Source: an uncultured delta proteobacterium
GTDB taxonomy: Bacteria; Desulfobacterota; Syntrophia; Syntrophales; UBA5619
Reading direction: 5' to 3'
Length of the DNA stretch: 64,000 nucleotides
Assembly: GCA_963817385.1 (NCBI GenBank)
Contig: CAWFOM010000014.1
Span: 1-64,000 of the forward strand
Under the pieces are notes generated by a model. The model made no database searches. It saw only the letters and a program-made list of their open reading frames with translations, and was not told the origin of the DNA. Shown piece by piece: positions 42,127 through 53,023 of the stretch; positions within the stretch are counted from its first letter, which is position 1; each line of letters opens with the position of its first letter. Position numbers and translations under genes: made by a program.

Positions 42127-43617
42127 TCAGGGTTCAACCCAGTTTCGGGAGCGCTCCAGCGCTCGCTTCCATCCCCGGGTGAGTCGTTCAACACGCTCCC
42201 GACCCATATTCGGCAGAAAACGCTTTTCCTCCGGCAGCCGGTTGCCTATCTCATCGGCGTTTTTCCAGCAACCCACGGCGAGACCGGCCAGATAGGCGGC
42301 GCCCAGCGCCGTCGTCTCCCGAATCGGTGGTCGCACGACGGGCACACCCAGGATGTCCGCCTGAAACTGCATCAGGGTATCGTTCACCGTGGCGCCGCCG
42401 TCGACGCGCAGTTCCCCGATACTGATCCGGGAATCGGCCCGCATGCATTCCAGCAGGTCCGCCGACTGATAGGCAATACTCTCCAGGGCGGCGCGGGCGA
42501 TATGGGCCGCCGTCGTCCCCCGAGTGATCCCCACCAGGACGCCCCGGGCATAGGGATCCCACTGGGGCGCTCCCAGCCCTGCAAAGGCGGGCACCAGGTA
42601 GACGCCATCGGTGTCCTCCACCTGACAGGCCAGCGCTTCCACATCGGCGGAAGAGGCGATGATACCCAATCCGTCCCGCAGCCACTGCACCACTGCCCCT
42701 CCGACAAATACGCTCCCCTCGAGGGCATAATCCGTTCTTTCCCCGATCTTCCAGGCCACGGTGGCGAGCAGATGATTAACCGAGAGGACGGGCAACTTCC
42801 CCGTATTCATCAGCATGAAACACCCCGTACCATAGGTATTCTTCACCATGCCCGGCTCGGTACAGCGCTGACCGAAAAGGGCCGCCTGCTGGTCCCCGGC
42901 CGCGCTACCGATCGGGATCGGGACGGAAAAGGCCGCGGTATGCGTTTCACCATAAACTTCGCTGGTGGCGCGGATTTCCGGCAACATTGCCCGGGGAACA
43001 TTCAGTATCCGGAGGAGTTCGTCATCCCAGTCGCCCGTATGGATATTGTAGAGCATGGTCCGCGAGGCGTTGGAGCAGTCGGTGACATGCCGGGCGCCGC
43101 CGGTGAGGTTCCAGATCAGCCAGGTATCGATCGTCCCGAAGGCGAGGCGCCCTTCCTCAGCCATCCGCCGGGCGTCGGGCAGGTGATCGAGAATCCAGGC
43201 GATCTTGGTCCCGGAGAAGTAGGCGTCCGGGACAAGGCCGGTCTTTCCCCGGATCAGTTCTCCCAGTCCCTCCGCTTGCAACCGATCGCAGACGGCGGCG
43301 GTGCGACGATCCTGCCAGACGATGGCGTTGGTGATCGGCCGGCCCGTGGCGCGCTCCCAGACCACCGTGGTTTCCCGCTGGTTGGTGATTCCGAGGGCGG
43401 CGATGTCGGCGCCTCCCAGGTTCGCATTCTTCAGAGCCAGGGTGGCCACCCCGGCCTGGGTTTCCCATATCTCGCGAGGATCGTGCTCCACCCATCCGGG
43501 CCGGGGATAATACTGGCTGAACTCCTTCTGGGCCGAGGCGACCACCGACCCGGCGTCATCGAAGACAATCGCGCGGGAACTGGTCGTGCCCTGATCAAGG
43601 GCCAGGAGAAAGGCCAT
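42127..43617 (-). CDS. glpK: glycerol kinase
   Basis: [41 protein letters not shown]. Confidence 0.97.
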   Translation of the reverse strand: MAFLLALDQGTTSSRAIVFDDAGSVVASAQKEFSQYYPRPGWVEHDPREIWETQAGVATLALKNANLGGADIAALGITNQRETTVVWERATGRPITNAIVWQDRRTAAVCDRLQAEGLGELIRGKTGLVPDAYFSGTKIAWILDHLPDARRMAEEGRLAFGTIDTWLIWNLTGGARHVTDCSNASRTMLYNIHTGDWDDELLRILNVPRAMLPEIRATSEVYGETHTAAFSVPIPIGSAAGDQQAALFGQRCTEPGMVKNTYGTGCFMLMNTGKLPVLSVNHLLATVAWKIGERTDYALEGSVFVGGAVVQWLRDGLGIIASSADVEALACQVEDTDGVYLVPAFAGLGAPQWDPYARGVLVGITRGTTAAHIARAALESIAYQSADLLECMRADSRISIGELRVDGGATVNDTLMQFQADILGVPVVRPPIRETTALGAAYLAGLAVGCWKNADEIGNRLPEEKRFLPNMGRERVERLTRGWKRALERSRNWVEP

Positions 43618-43754
43618 GGGAACCTCCTTGGGGAAAGAATAGAGAGAGCCTCGACAAATTGTCAAGGGAAAATCCGCCGATTATGGTTGATCGATGCATG
43701 AATTAACGGTATGTATCAACCAGGATAAAATTATCGGATATAAGGAGGAAGCAG

Positions 43755-44240
43755 ATGAACGGAAAACAATGGGACCGGCCGCCGGAAATGCAGATCGATC
43801 CGAAGATGGGCTATCTTGTCACCATGGAAACAAACCGGGGAACGATCGAACTGGAACTCTTCCCTCAGCATGCGCCCAAAACCGTCAACAACTTCGTTTT
43901 TCTGGTGCGGGAAGGCTTCTATGACGGCGTACCGTTCCACCGGGTGATCGGCGATTTCATGATCCAGGGAGGCGATCCGACCGGAACGGGCCGGGGCGGA
44001 CCCGGGTACCGCTTTGAGGACGAACTCAAGGGAAATCCGCTCACCCATGACGCAAAGGTGATCTCGATGGCAAATGCCGGACCGGACACGAACGGGAGCC
44101 AGTTTTTCATCACGCACTCGCCGCAGCCCCACCTGAACGGAAAGCACACCGTCTTCGGGAAAATCGTCAAGGGGCAGGACGTCGTGGACGCGATCCGCCA
44201 GGGCGACCGGATGGAGCGGGTATCGGTGCGCGAGAAGTAG
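43755..44240 (+). CDS. cyclophilin-type peptidyl-prolyl isomerase
   Basis: [37 protein letters not shown]. Confidence 0.96.
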   Translation: MNGKQWDRPPEMQIDPKMGYLVTMETNRGTIELELFPQHAPKTVNNFVFLVREGFYDGVPFHRVIGDFMIQGGDPTGTGRGGPGYRFEDELKGNPLTHDAKVISMANAGPDTNGSQFFITHSPQPHLNGKHTVFGKIVKGQDVVDAIRQGDRMERVSVREK

Positions 44241-44251
44241 GAACGCTGCTC

Positions 44252-45280
44252 ATGAAAGCAATGATCCTGCAGGGAATTTCCTTATTCGCCGATAATCCCG
44301 CACCGCTGATTCCGGTCGAGATGCCGGAGCCGGCACCGGGTGAAGCGGAGATCCTCATTGCCGTCTCCGCCTGTGGCGTCTGCCATACGGAGCTCGACGA
44401 GATCGAGGGGCGGACCCCGCCGCCTGTTTTCCCCATCATCTTAGGACATCAGGTCGTCGGGACGGTCGCCGCCCGGGGACCGAACGCCGGACGGTTCCGG
44501 ATCGGCGAGCGGGTGGGGGTCGGCTGGATCCACCGGGTCTGCGGAGCCTGCAACGCCTGCCGCGCCGGAAGCGAGAACCTCTGTGAGAGGTTCCGCGCCA
44601 CAGGCCGTGATGCAAACGGCGGCTATGCGGAATTCATGACCGTGCCCGAGGCCTTCGTCTACGCCATCCCGGAGCTCTTCTCCGACGCGGAGGCCGCGCC
44701 GCTTTTGTGCGCCGGCGCCATCGGCTATCGGTCGCTCCGCCTGGCTCATCTCCGGGACGGACAGAACCTCGGCCTCACCGGCTTCGGCGCCTCCGCGCAC
44801 CTCGTCCTCACCATGGTCCGCCATCGATTTCCCCGGGCAAAGATCTTCGTCTTCGCCCGGAACGGGCGGGAACGGGCCTTCGCGCGCGAACTGGGGGCCG
44901 CCTGGACCGGGGCGACCGAAGAGGCGCCGCCGGAGAAGCTCCAGGCCGTCATCGACACGACGCCGGCCTGGAAACCGGTCGTGGAGGCCCTGAAGAATCT
45001 CGCCCCGGGCGGCCGCCTCGTCGTCAATGCCATCCGGAAAGAGGAGCGTGACAAGGCGGAACTCCTGCGGCTGGACTATCCCGCGCACCTCTGGCTGGAA
45101 AAGGAGATCAAGAGCGTCGCCAATGTCGCCCGGAGCGACATCCGGGAATTTCTGGAGCTGGCGGCGGAGATCCCCCTTCGGCCCGAGGTGGAGGAGTATC
45201 CCCTCGCGGACGCCAACCGGGCCCTTGCCGAACTCAAGGAGGGGAAGATCCGCGGAGCGAAGGTCCTTCGCATGGCATGA
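44252..45280 (+). CDS. zinc-dependent alcohol dehydrogenase family protein
   Basis: CGVCHTE, LGHQVVG, CGACNAC..ENLC, APLLCAG. Confidence 0.93.
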   Translation: MKAMILQGISLFADNPAPLIPVEMPEPAPGEAEILIAVSACGVCHTELDEIEGRTPPPVFPIILGHQVVGTVAARGPNAGRFRIGERVGVGWIHRVCGACNACRAGSENLCERFRATGRDANGGYAEFMTVPEAFVYAIPELFSDAEAAPLLCAGAIGYRSLRLAHLRDGQNLGLTGFGASAHLVLTMVRHRFPRAKIFVFARNGRERAFARELGAAWTGATEEAPPEKLQAVIDTTPAWKPVVEALKNLAPGGRLVVNAIRKEERDKAELLRLDYPAHLWLEKEIKSVANVARSDIREFLELAAEIPLRPEVEEYPLADANRALAELKEGKIRGAKVLRMA

Positions 45281-45433
45281 GCGGCTGAAACTCCCTTTCC
45301 AATTCCCCTCATCTGTGGTATGTCCCTGAACCGTTTTTCGTGATCATGAGACCCCGCGGGCGCGACAATGCGAAGAGGCTGCACCGGCACTCCCTCCCGG
45401 GGCAGAGAACCAAGAAAAGGAGGTTTTTACCGA

Positions 45434-46618
45434 TTGAATCTGCGTGCGACGTTCGGGGGGATGATGCCCCTGTTCATCCTGGGGCACTTCAGCCACCATG
45501 TCCTCACCTCGATCACGGTGCCCCTGATCCCCTTCATCCGCAGCGCCTTCGACCTGGATTATACCCAGTCGGGGCTGGTCATCTCCGCCTTTACGCTCGC
45601 CTACGGGTTCGGCCAGCTCCCCGCGGGCTGGCTCGCCGACCGCATCGAGCCTCGCAAGCTCTTGACCATCGGCATCTCCGGTGTGGCGCTGGCCGGCATC
45701 CTGGTCGGGCTGTCCCAAACCTACCTGCTGATGCTGTTCTTTCTCATCCTGATGGGGGTCCTGGCCGGCGGCTACCACCCGACGGCCCCGCCGCTGATCT
45801 CCGCAGCGGTGAGACCGGAGCACCTGGGTCAATCGCTCGGCCTGCACAATATCGGCGGCGGGGCAAGCCATTTTCTGACGCCGCTTATCGCCGTCGCGGT
45901 CGCCAACGCCTGGGGATGGCGGAATGCCTACCTCGCGATGGCGATTCCGACCGTTGTCTTCGGCATCCTCTTCTACGTGCGCCTCGGACAACTCAACGCC
46001 CGGGGGAAGTCAAACCGAGGCGGCGCTGAGAAAAACGAAGAGCAAACCGCGTCCCAACCGGAAGGCATGCGGCGAATCGTCGTCTTCCTGATCTTCACGA
46101 CGTTCACGGCGGCGATCATCATCTCCGTCTCCTCGTTCATCCCACTGCTCATGGTTGATCATTTCCACGTGAGTAAGAAGACGGCAGCGGCCCTCCTCTC
46201 CGTGATCTATGTTGCGGTCTTCTGGGCAAGTCCATTGGGCGGTTATCTCGCCGACCGCGTGGGAGGCGTCCGGGTGACCCTCGCGGTCTGCTTCATCGCC
46301 GGTCCCGTCATCTTTCTGTTCACCGTTCTCCCCTACGGACCGGGGATCTTTGCACTGCTCATCCTCCTGGGAACGGTCATCTTCGCCCGGATGTCCGCTT
46401 CGGAAACCTTTATCGTCAGCAATACGCCGCCGGGTATCCGTTCTACGGTCCTGGGCATCTACTTTTTCACCGGCATGGAGGGGGGCGGGATACTGACACC
46501 GGTTCTGGGCTATGCAATCGACCATTTAGGCTTCCGGACAGCCTTCACGATCGCCGGCAGCGCCGTCTTCATGGTAACGATGATTTGTTCCTTCCTGCTC
46601 CGGGAGCGGAAGGGATAA
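45434..46618 (+). CDS. MFS transporter
   Basis: AGGAGG RBS + TTG; GWLADRI and GYLADRVG loop motifs; multiple hydrophobic segments. Confidence 0.9.
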   Translation: MNLRATFGGMMPLFILGHFSHHVLTSITVPLIPFIRSAFDLDYTQSGLVISAFTLAYGFGQLPAGWLADRIEPRKLLTIGISGVALAGILVGLSQTYLLMLFFLILMGVLAGGYHPTAPPLISAAVRPEHLGQSLGLHNIGGGASHFLTPLIAVAVANAWGWRNAYLAMAIPTVVFGILFYVRLGQLNARGKSNRGGAEKNEEQTASQPEGMRRIVVFLIFTTFTAAIIISVSSFIPLLMVDHFHVSKKTAAALLSVIYVAVFWASPLGGYLADRVGGVRVTLAVCFIAGPVIFLFTVLPYGPGIFALLILLGTVIFARMSASETFIVSNTPPGIRSTVLGIYFFTGMEGGGILTPVLGYAIDHLGFRTAFTIAGSAVFMVTMICSFLLRERKG

Positions 46619-46669
46619 CGGGAAAGCCGCGAAGGCCCCAAGAGGCCTTCCGGAGAAAAGGAGAATGAT

Positions 46670-46957
46670 ATGCTCAAACACGTGGTTCTGGCAAAGTTCA
46701 AACCGGGGGTGACCGCATCCGACATCGCCGCGCTCAAAAAGTCACTGGCGGCCCTTCCGAAGATCATCCCGGAGATCAAGGGATATGAATTCGGCGAGGA
46801 TCTCCGGCCGGAGAGGTCCTTCGATTTCGCGCTGGTGTCGACCTTCGATGATGCCGAAGCACTGAAGCGCTACATCACGCAGCCCGACCATGCCGCCGTC
46901 GGCAAGCAGATCCGGAGCCTCTGCGAGAGTCTCAATATCGTTGACTTTCCGTATTGA
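46670..46957 (+). CDS. Dabb (stress-responsive A/B barrel) family protein
   Basis: MLKHVVLAKFK..IPEI..DFALVSTF..Y..PDH. Confidence 0.88.
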   Translation: MLKHVVLAKFKPGVTASDIAALKKSLAALPKIIPEIKGYEFGEDLRPERSFDFALVSTFDDAEALKRYITQPDHAAVGKQIRSLCESLNIVDFPY

Positions 46958-47006
46958 ATCCGGCAGGCAGGTCAGACTGGCAAGGTGTCGAAATACACCC
47001 TGTTTT

Positions 47007-47132
47007 GCAGGCTGTTCAAAAATGCTTAGATGCAAGGCGCGCAAAAACCGAAGAGTGAGGCGTATAGGGAAATACGTCGAGCGATGAGGTTTGCAGCACA
47101 ACGCAGCAGATGAGCGTTTTTCAACAGCCTGC
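47007..47132. repeat. ~126-bp MITE-like element with terminal inverted repeats
   Basis: gcaggctgttcaaaaa..tttttcaacagcctgc, internal agatgcaaggcg..gaggcgta..tacgtcgag..gcagcagatg. Confidence 0.75.
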
Positions 47133-48179
47133 CAGGCGGATCTTCCCTTTCGGCGAGGCAGTGACCTCGCCGACGATCGCCGCCTCGGCGATCCCGGAGG
47201 CATGCATTTCATGCAGAAGGTTCTTAGCCTCGCCGGCCGGCAGGGCGATGAGGAGACCTCCGGCGGTCTGCGGGTCGAAGAGGATGTCCACACGCCAGTC
47301 GGGGCACCCCGGAGAGATCTCGATCTGCCCTTCACGGAATTTCCTGTTCCGGATCAGTCCTCCGGGGACAATCCCCTCCTCGACAAACGGCCGGATCTCC
47401 GGGAAAAAGGGCACGGCCGCTACGTCGATCCGCATCCCGACGTCGCTCCCCTCGGCCATCTCCAGGGCATGCCCGAGGAAGCCGAAGCCGGTGACATCCG
47501 TGCAGGCGTGGATGGCATCCGTCTTGGCCATGAGTTCCGCCGCCTTGTTATTGAGGGTCGTCATGCAGGCGACGGAGCGGGCGATGAGCGCCGCGTCGGC
47601 GAGCCCGGCCTTCAAGGCCGTGCTGACGATCCCCGTTCCAAGCGGTTTGGTCAGGATCAGCCGATCCCCCGGCCTCGCCCCCTTGTTGAACAGAACCCGG
47701 TCGGGGTGGATGACTCCGGTCACGGAGAGCCCGTACTTCAACTCATCGTCCTCCACGCTGTGGCCGCCGATTAAAAGGACGCCCGCCTCCCGCATCTTGT
47801 CAAGGCCGCCCCTGAGGATCTCGCGGAGGATCCCGATTGCCATCTTCCGGATGGGGAAGCAGACGATGTTCATCGCGGTGATCGGCCTGCCGCCCATCGC
47901 ATAGACGTCACCGAGCGCGTTGGTCACGGCAATTTGCCCGAACACGAACGGATCATCCACGATCGGGGTGAAGAAATCGACGGTCTGGATGATGGCCAGA
48001 TCTTCACGGAGGCGATAGACGCCGGCGTCTTCCGCATGCTCCATTCCCACGATCAGATTCGGATCGGTGATGAGCGGCAGATCCTTCAATGCCTCTTTCA
48101 GGTCGCCCGGACCTATCTTACAGGCTCAACCCGCCCCGTGGACCGTCTCCGTGAGACGCACCTTCGGTTCGCTGTCCAT
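47121..48179 (-). CDS. selD: selenide, water dikinase (selenophosphate synthetase), Sec-containing (U18)
   Basis: GGAGG RBS, MDSEPKVRLTETVHGAG-TGA-ACKIGPGDL in frame with EDAGVY, QTVDFFTPIVDDP, DVTGFG, DPQTAGG; hairpin AGGUC-CGGGC-GACCU 11 nt after UGA. Confidence 0.95.
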
Positions 48180-48378
48180 GGCCGACCTCCTTTCTGTTCG
48201 TCGTCGCCGTTCCGCACGGGAGCATGCGGCGTCGCAAAAGCCTCTTTCCCGCCCCTGTCGGCGGGCATTATACTGATCCTTTCAGAATATCACAAGAGGA
48301 ATGAGGATATAATGGCGCATTCATTAAGATTGCCATTCCCCGTTGCGCATCCGCCCCGATTATGGTATGCACGCGCTC

Positions 48379-49299
48379 ATGGGACACGACGGGTTTCGGA
48401 ACATCACCTTGCAGCAGATGGAGGCGCTCATCCGCCTGGTTGAGACGGGGAGTTTTACGCATGCCGCCGAACGGATGTACCTCACCCAGCCCACGCTGAC
48501 CAAGCATATCCGCAACATGGAAGATGCGGTCGGAGCGCGCGTCGTCGACCGGAAAAACACCGGGGTTTCCCTCACGCCGGAAGGCCGGATCCTGTATGAT
48601 TATGCCCGCCGGATCGCGCGCCTGCGGGAGGACGCTCAGGAGAAGATCGAGAACCTGAAGACCGATGAGTCGGGGCACATCTTCCTGTGCGCAAGCACGA
48701 TCCCGGCCACGTACCTCATTCCCCGCTTCCTGGGTCTCCTGAATAAGAGCGATCCGGAGATCCGGGTCCACATCCAGACGGGAGACAGTGAGGAGACGAT
48801 CCAGGCGATCCTCGGCGACCAGGCGGAAATGGGAATCGCCGGCAAGAACTCCTTAGACCGCAGGTTGAAGGTCGAGCCCCTCTGGAACGACCGCCTGGTT
48901 CTGGCCGTACCGGCAGGCCATCCCTGGGTGAAGCGCTCCCACGTCTCCGTGGGGGAGATCGCTGAGGCTCCCTTTGTCCTTAGGGAGCGGGGCTCCGGAA
49001 CCAGAAGCGCCCTGGAGGAATGCCTGGCGATACCGGGAGGCCGACCGCTCGGTTCTTTCAACATCACCTGCGAAATGGGGAGCTCCGAAGCGGTCAAGGA
49101 GGCCATTCTTGCCGGTCTCGGGGTTTCCGTCCTGTCGATCCACGCGATCGAACGGGAGCTCGCACAGGGACTCCTCGCGGCCGTCTCCATAGAGCATTGC
49201 GCGATTGCACGTCGTTTTTATCTCATCACCCGGAAACAGTTCCGCCTGATGAAACATCACCGGCGATTTATGACAACCATTAAAAATTATCACATCTGA
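48379..49299 (+). CDS. LysR family regulator, selenium-metabolism-associated type
   Basis: GSFTHAAERMYLTQPTLT, ASTIPATYLIP, RERGSGTR, GSSEAVKEAI; divergent from selD. Confidence 0.9.
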   Translation: MGHDGFRNITLQQMEALIRLVETGSFTHAAERMYLTQPTLTKHIRNMEDAVGARVVDRKNTGVSLTPEGRILYDYARRIARLREDAQEKIENLKTDESGHIFLCASTIPATYLIPRFLGLLNKSDPEIRVHIQTGDSEETIQAILGDQAEMGIAGKNSLDRRLKVEPLWNDRLVLAVPAGHPWVKRSHVSVGEIAEAPFVLRERGSGTRSALEECLAIPGGRPLGSFNITCEMGSSEAVKEAILAGLGVSVLSIHAIERELAQGLLAAVSIEHCAIARRFYLITRKQFRLMKHHRRFMTTIKNYHI

Positions 49300-49309
49300 G
49301 GGTTTCCGC

Positions 49310-50701
49310 ATGTCACAGAATTTACGATATTACAGCACCAACCGTCACCTGGATCAGGTCGCCGGCATCACCCCGTTTAGGGAGACGGTTTCCTTCCGGG
49401 AAGCCCTCCTGATGGGACAGGCCCCCGACGAGGGGCTCTTCATGCCCGAACAGATCCCGGTCATCACCGTCGATGCCTTCAAGGCCCTGAAAGGGGCGCC
49501 GTACACCGAGGCCGCCATGCTCGTGACGGAGAGCTTTCTTGCAGAGGAGATCCCCGCGGAAACGCTCCGGCGGATCATTGATGACGCCTACAGCTACCCG
49601 GTGCCGCTGGAGAATGTTTATGCCCGCAAATACATCATGCGCCTCGATCAGGGACCGACGGCATCCTTCAAGGATTTCGCCGCCCGGATGATGGCCCGCC
49701 TCATGAGCGCTTTCCGCGATCCGGGAAAGCGCCTGAACATCCTGGTGGCCACCTCGGGTGACACGGGAAGCGCCGTGGGCGACGCATTCCGCGGGGTGGA
49801 GGGGATCGACGTGACGATCCTCTACCCGCGGGATGAGGTGAGCGGCCGGCAGAAGAAGCAGCTCGATACGATCGGCCAAAACGTCCGGGCCGTCTCCGTG
49901 GACGCGAAATTCGACGACTGCCAGAATCTTGTCAAGCAGGCGTTCTCCGACCCGGCCTTCAAAGGCTTTAACCTGACCTCGGCCAACTCGATCAATTTTG
50001 GGCGGATACTCCCGCAGATCATCTACTATGTCTACGCCTGGGCGCAACTTGCACGGGAAACGGAACCGGCCGTCTTCTCGGTCCCTTCGGGCAACTTCGG
50101 CGACGCCCTCGGTTGCGAATACGCGCGGCGGATGGGCCTTCCCGTGGAGAAACTCGTCATGCCGACGAATGAGAACGACGAATTCCCCCGCTTCCTGGAA
50201 ACCGGCCGCTATGAAAAGATCTCCCCGTCGCGGGCCTGTCTGTCGAACGCGATGAATGTCGGGCATCCCAGCAACCTCGCCCGCTTCTTCGACCTCTACG
50301 GCGGGACCGTGGACAGGGCCGGAGTCGTCCACCGTATCCCGGACATCGAGGAGATGAAGCGGCACATCTACTCCGTGAGCATCTCCGACCGGGAGACGAA
50401 AAAGACGATCAAGAGGATCTACGACCAGTACAAAGTGCTCCTGGAACCCCACGGCGCGGTGGGGTGGCGCGGGCTCGAAGTCTACCTTGAACTCTTCGGC
50501 GACGCTCCACTCTGCATCTGCCTGGAGACGGCGCACCCGGCAAAATTCCCCGATGAGATCCGGGAACTCCTGGGGATCAACCCCGATCTCCCGCAGAGCA
50601 TGAAGGACATCGACGAGCGGTCGGGGCACCCGGTCTTCATCAGCGCCGATTATAATGAATTCAGGACCTATCTGAAGAAACACCTGCGGGTCACGGGTTG
50701 A
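49310..50701 (+). CDS. thrC: threonine synthase
   Basis: GPTASFKDF, ATSGDTGSA, SANSINFGR, VPSGNFG, ETAHPAKF. Confidence 0.95.
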   Translation: MSQNLRYYSTNRHLDQVAGITPFRETVSFREALLMGQAPDEGLFMPEQIPVITVDAFKALKGAPYTEAAMLVTESFLAEEIPAETLRRIIDDAYSYPVPLENVYARKYIMRLDQGPTASFKDFAARMMARLMSAFRDPGKRLNILVATSGDTGSAVGDAFRGVEGIDVTILYPRDEVSGRQKKQLDTIGQNVRAVSVDAKFDDCQNLVKQAFSDPAFKGFNLTSANSINFGRILPQIIYYVYAWAQLARETEPAVFSVPSGNFGDALGCEYARRMGLPVEKLVMPTNENDEFPRFLETGRYEKISPSRACLSNAMNVGHPSNLARFFDLYGGTVDRAGVVHRIPDIEEMKRHIYSVSISDRETKKTIKRIYDQYKVLLEPHGAVGWRGLEVYLELFGDAPLCICLETAHPAKFPDEIRELLGINPDLPQSMKDIDERSGHPVFISADYNEFRTYLKKHLRVTG

Positions 50702-50762
50702 AATTTTCGCTCAATTTCCTTGCCCATGATTGATGCTGACCTCCGTGTTGCATACGGAGGGA

Positions 50763-52403
50763 CTAACGCGTCATGACAAGCTTCTGTTCCGCCTCGGGAA
50801 CGTACCACTTGATAAAGTTCCAGCCGATCCCGAGAGGCGCGACCTCGACCCCCCGGAAGCGGGCATGGACGATCGGGAGCGCATCGGGAACGTAGAGGAA
50901 CAGATAGGGCTGCTCATCGGCCAGGATCTCCTGGATCCGGTCGTAGCAGCGCTTCCGGAGCTTCTGGTCGAAGGTCTCCCGCGCTTTCACGATCAGGGCA
51001 TCCACTTCCTCATTCTTATAGGAAACGAAGTTAAGCTCCTGCGGCCCCGTCTTGCTGGAATGCCAGACGTCGTAGAGGTCCGGCTCCATCGGGATTGTCC
51101 AGCCCAGGATCGTCGCATCGAACTTCCTCTTGTTGATGAAATCGTTCACGAAGGCGGCCCACTCGACGACCCGGATCTTCACCCGGACGCCGACCTCGGC
51201 CAGGCGCCGCTGAATGATCTCGGCACACTTCGAGCGGATCTCGTTTCCCTGGTTGGTGATGATCTCGAACTCGAACGGCCGTCCTTCCTTCTCGATGATC
51301 CCGTCGCCGTTCGCATCAGCCCACCCGGCCTCGGCGAGAAGCGCCTTCGCCTTTGCCGGATCGTGAGGATAGGCGCGGACATTCGGGTTGTAGGCCCAGG
51401 TCCCCGGTTTGTATGGCCCGGTGGCGGGCTTTCCCAGGCCGAGGAGGACGCCGTCGATGATCTCCTCCCGGTTGACCGCATGGGCGATCGCCTGCCGGAT
51501 GCGCTTATCGGTAAAGAGGGGGTTCTTCAGGTTGTAGCCGAGATAGGTGTAGGCAAAGGAGAGATAGCGGAATTTGTTGTAGTTCTTCTTGAAGAGGTTG
51601 TTCTCCGTCTGGCGGGTGTACTGGAGCGGTGTCAGCCCCATCTGATCGATCCCGTTCGCCCGGAGCTCCAGGAACATCGTCGCCGTATCGGGGATGATTC
51701 GCATGATGTAGCCGTCGATGTACGGCCGCCCTTCGAAATAGTCGGGGTTGGAAACGAGGACGATTTTCTGGCCCGTCACCCACTCTTTGAATTTGTAAGG
51801 TCCCGTCCCGATCGGACGCCGGCCGAGGGGCGAGGTGGTGATATCCTTCCCCGCGAGGAGGTGCTTCGGCAGGATGCCGACCGACCAGCTCATCAGCGCG
51901 GGGGCGAAGGGTTTTTCATAGGTCGCCCGGAAGGTATGATCGTCAAGGACTTCGGCCTTCTTCACCTTGAGGAAGTCGCCGGCGTAGGCGGTGGGCGTCT
52001 TGGGATCGACGGTGACCTGATAGGTGTAGAGGACATCCTCCGCGGTGAAGGGACGGCCGTCGTGCCAGCGAACGCCCTTGCGCAGGTGAAAGGTGATGAC
52101 GAGACCGTCCTTGGAGATCTCCCAGGATTCGGCGAGATCGCCCACGACGTTCACATCCTTGTCGTACTTGATGAGGCCGTTGAAGATCATCCCCGCGATC
52201 TGATGGGAGGTGGAATCGGACGAGAGCAGCGGGATGAGGTTCGACGCGTCGCCGATGGAGCCCTCGACCATGATGTCCCCGTATGCCGGGGCGGCAGCCG
52301 CGCTCCCGGCGGGGGCGCGCCGCGGCTCCTCCGGGCCGCAGGCCGTCGCGGCCAGGGCGAGAAGAACGATCGATATCCGAATGAGACGGCCAAGAGGTTT
52401 CAC
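50763..52403 (-). CDS. peptide ABC transporter substrate-binding lipoprotein (family 5)
   Basis: Lipobox ATAC, GDLAESWE, LRKGVRWHDG.PFTAEDV, PIGTGPYKF; start uncertain. Confidence 0.9.
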   Translation of the reverse strand: MKPLGRLIRISIVLLALAATACGPEEPRRAPAGSAAAAPAYGDIMVEGSIGDASNLIPLLSSDSTSHQIAGMIFNGLIKYDKDVNVVGDLAESWEISKDGLVITFHLRKGVRWHDGRPFTAEDVLYTYQVTVDPKTPTAYAGDFLKVKKAEVLDDHTFRATYEKPFAPALMSWSVGILPKHLLAGKDITTSPLGRRPIGTGPYKFKEWVTGQKIVLVSNPDYFEGRPYIDGYIMRIIPDTATMFLELRANGIDQMGLTPLQYTRQTENNLFKKNYNKFRYLSFAYTYLGYNLKNPLFTDKRIRQAIAHAVNREEIIDGVLLGLGKPATGPYKPGTWAYNPNVRAYPHDPAKAKALLAEAGWADANGDGIIEKEGRPFEFEIITNQGNEIRSKCAEIIQRRLAEVGVRVKIRVVEWAAFVNDFINKRKFDATILGWTIPMEPDLYDVWHSSKTGPQELNFVSYKNEEVDALIVKARETFDQKLRKRCYDRIQEILADEQPYLFLYVPDALPIVHARFRGVEVAPLGIGWNFIKWYVPEAEQKLVMTR

Positions 52404-52486
52404 GGCGGTCACGGCGTGCTTCTGACAGACCTCCGCGGCTTCGCGATCAGGATGATTTCTGCGGTGCATCTCCCGGCGCTCTCCGT

Positions 52487-52954
52487 CTAAGGTTTCCGTT
52501 TCGCGCCGGACATGAGGGTACGGAGGATGTCCTCCTTGCCGATGATGCCGACCAGCCAGCCTTGCTCCAGAACCGGCACCGTATGGATACTATGCTTCAC
52601 CATCAGCGTGGCGATATCCTCCAGACCGGCGTCCGGATCGACCGTCAGGGGATCGGGGGTCATGGCTTCGGAAACTGTTGTGGCCGCCATCTTCTTGATT
52701 TCGTTTTCAATCTGCTGCGACGAGGTCAACGGGATCGTGCTGTCGAGAAGGATAAAGAAGGAAGGCAGAGGGATCTTTCTCTGCTGGGCCATCAGATCGG
52801 ACTGGCAGATGATTCCCTTCAGATGCCCTTCCCTGTCAACCACCGGCAAACCGCTCAAGTGTTTCTCAAGCATTAAATTCGCCGCCTGGACGATCTCCGT
52901 CTCGGGGTAAACGGTAACTACTTCCCTGGTCATGATATCCTTGGCTTTCAGCAT
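52487..52954 (-). CDS. CBS domain pair protein
   Basis: AKDIMTREVVTV, SGLPVVD, VPVLE..LVGII. Confidence 0.92.
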   Translation of the reverse strand: MLKAKDIMTREVVTVYPETEIVQAANLMLEKHLSGLPVVDREGHLKGIICQSDLMAQQRKIPLPSFFILLDSTIPLTSSQQIENEIKKMAATTVSEAMTPDPLTVDPDAGLEDIATLMVKHSIHTVPVLEQGWLVGIIGKEDILRTLMSGAKRKP

Positions 52955-53023
52955 AGATGCTCCTTTTTTGCCGTAATTCTACCCCCGAACGCAGCCGAAA
53001 TCCACTGTTTGATTTTCCGCCGG

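Noticed and set aside
42040..43701. Long antisense ORFs (e.g. 42040..43701, 50730..52490, 55902..57854, 58800..60245, 3230..4462)
   Set aside because: Shadow frames of well-supported genes on the opposite strand in GC-rich DNA; no recognisable motifs.
47121..47123. selD ending GC-TGA as a C-terminal Cys-Sec motif
   Set aside because: These codons come from the MITE inverted repeat, SelD homology is already complete, and no suitable hairpin follows.
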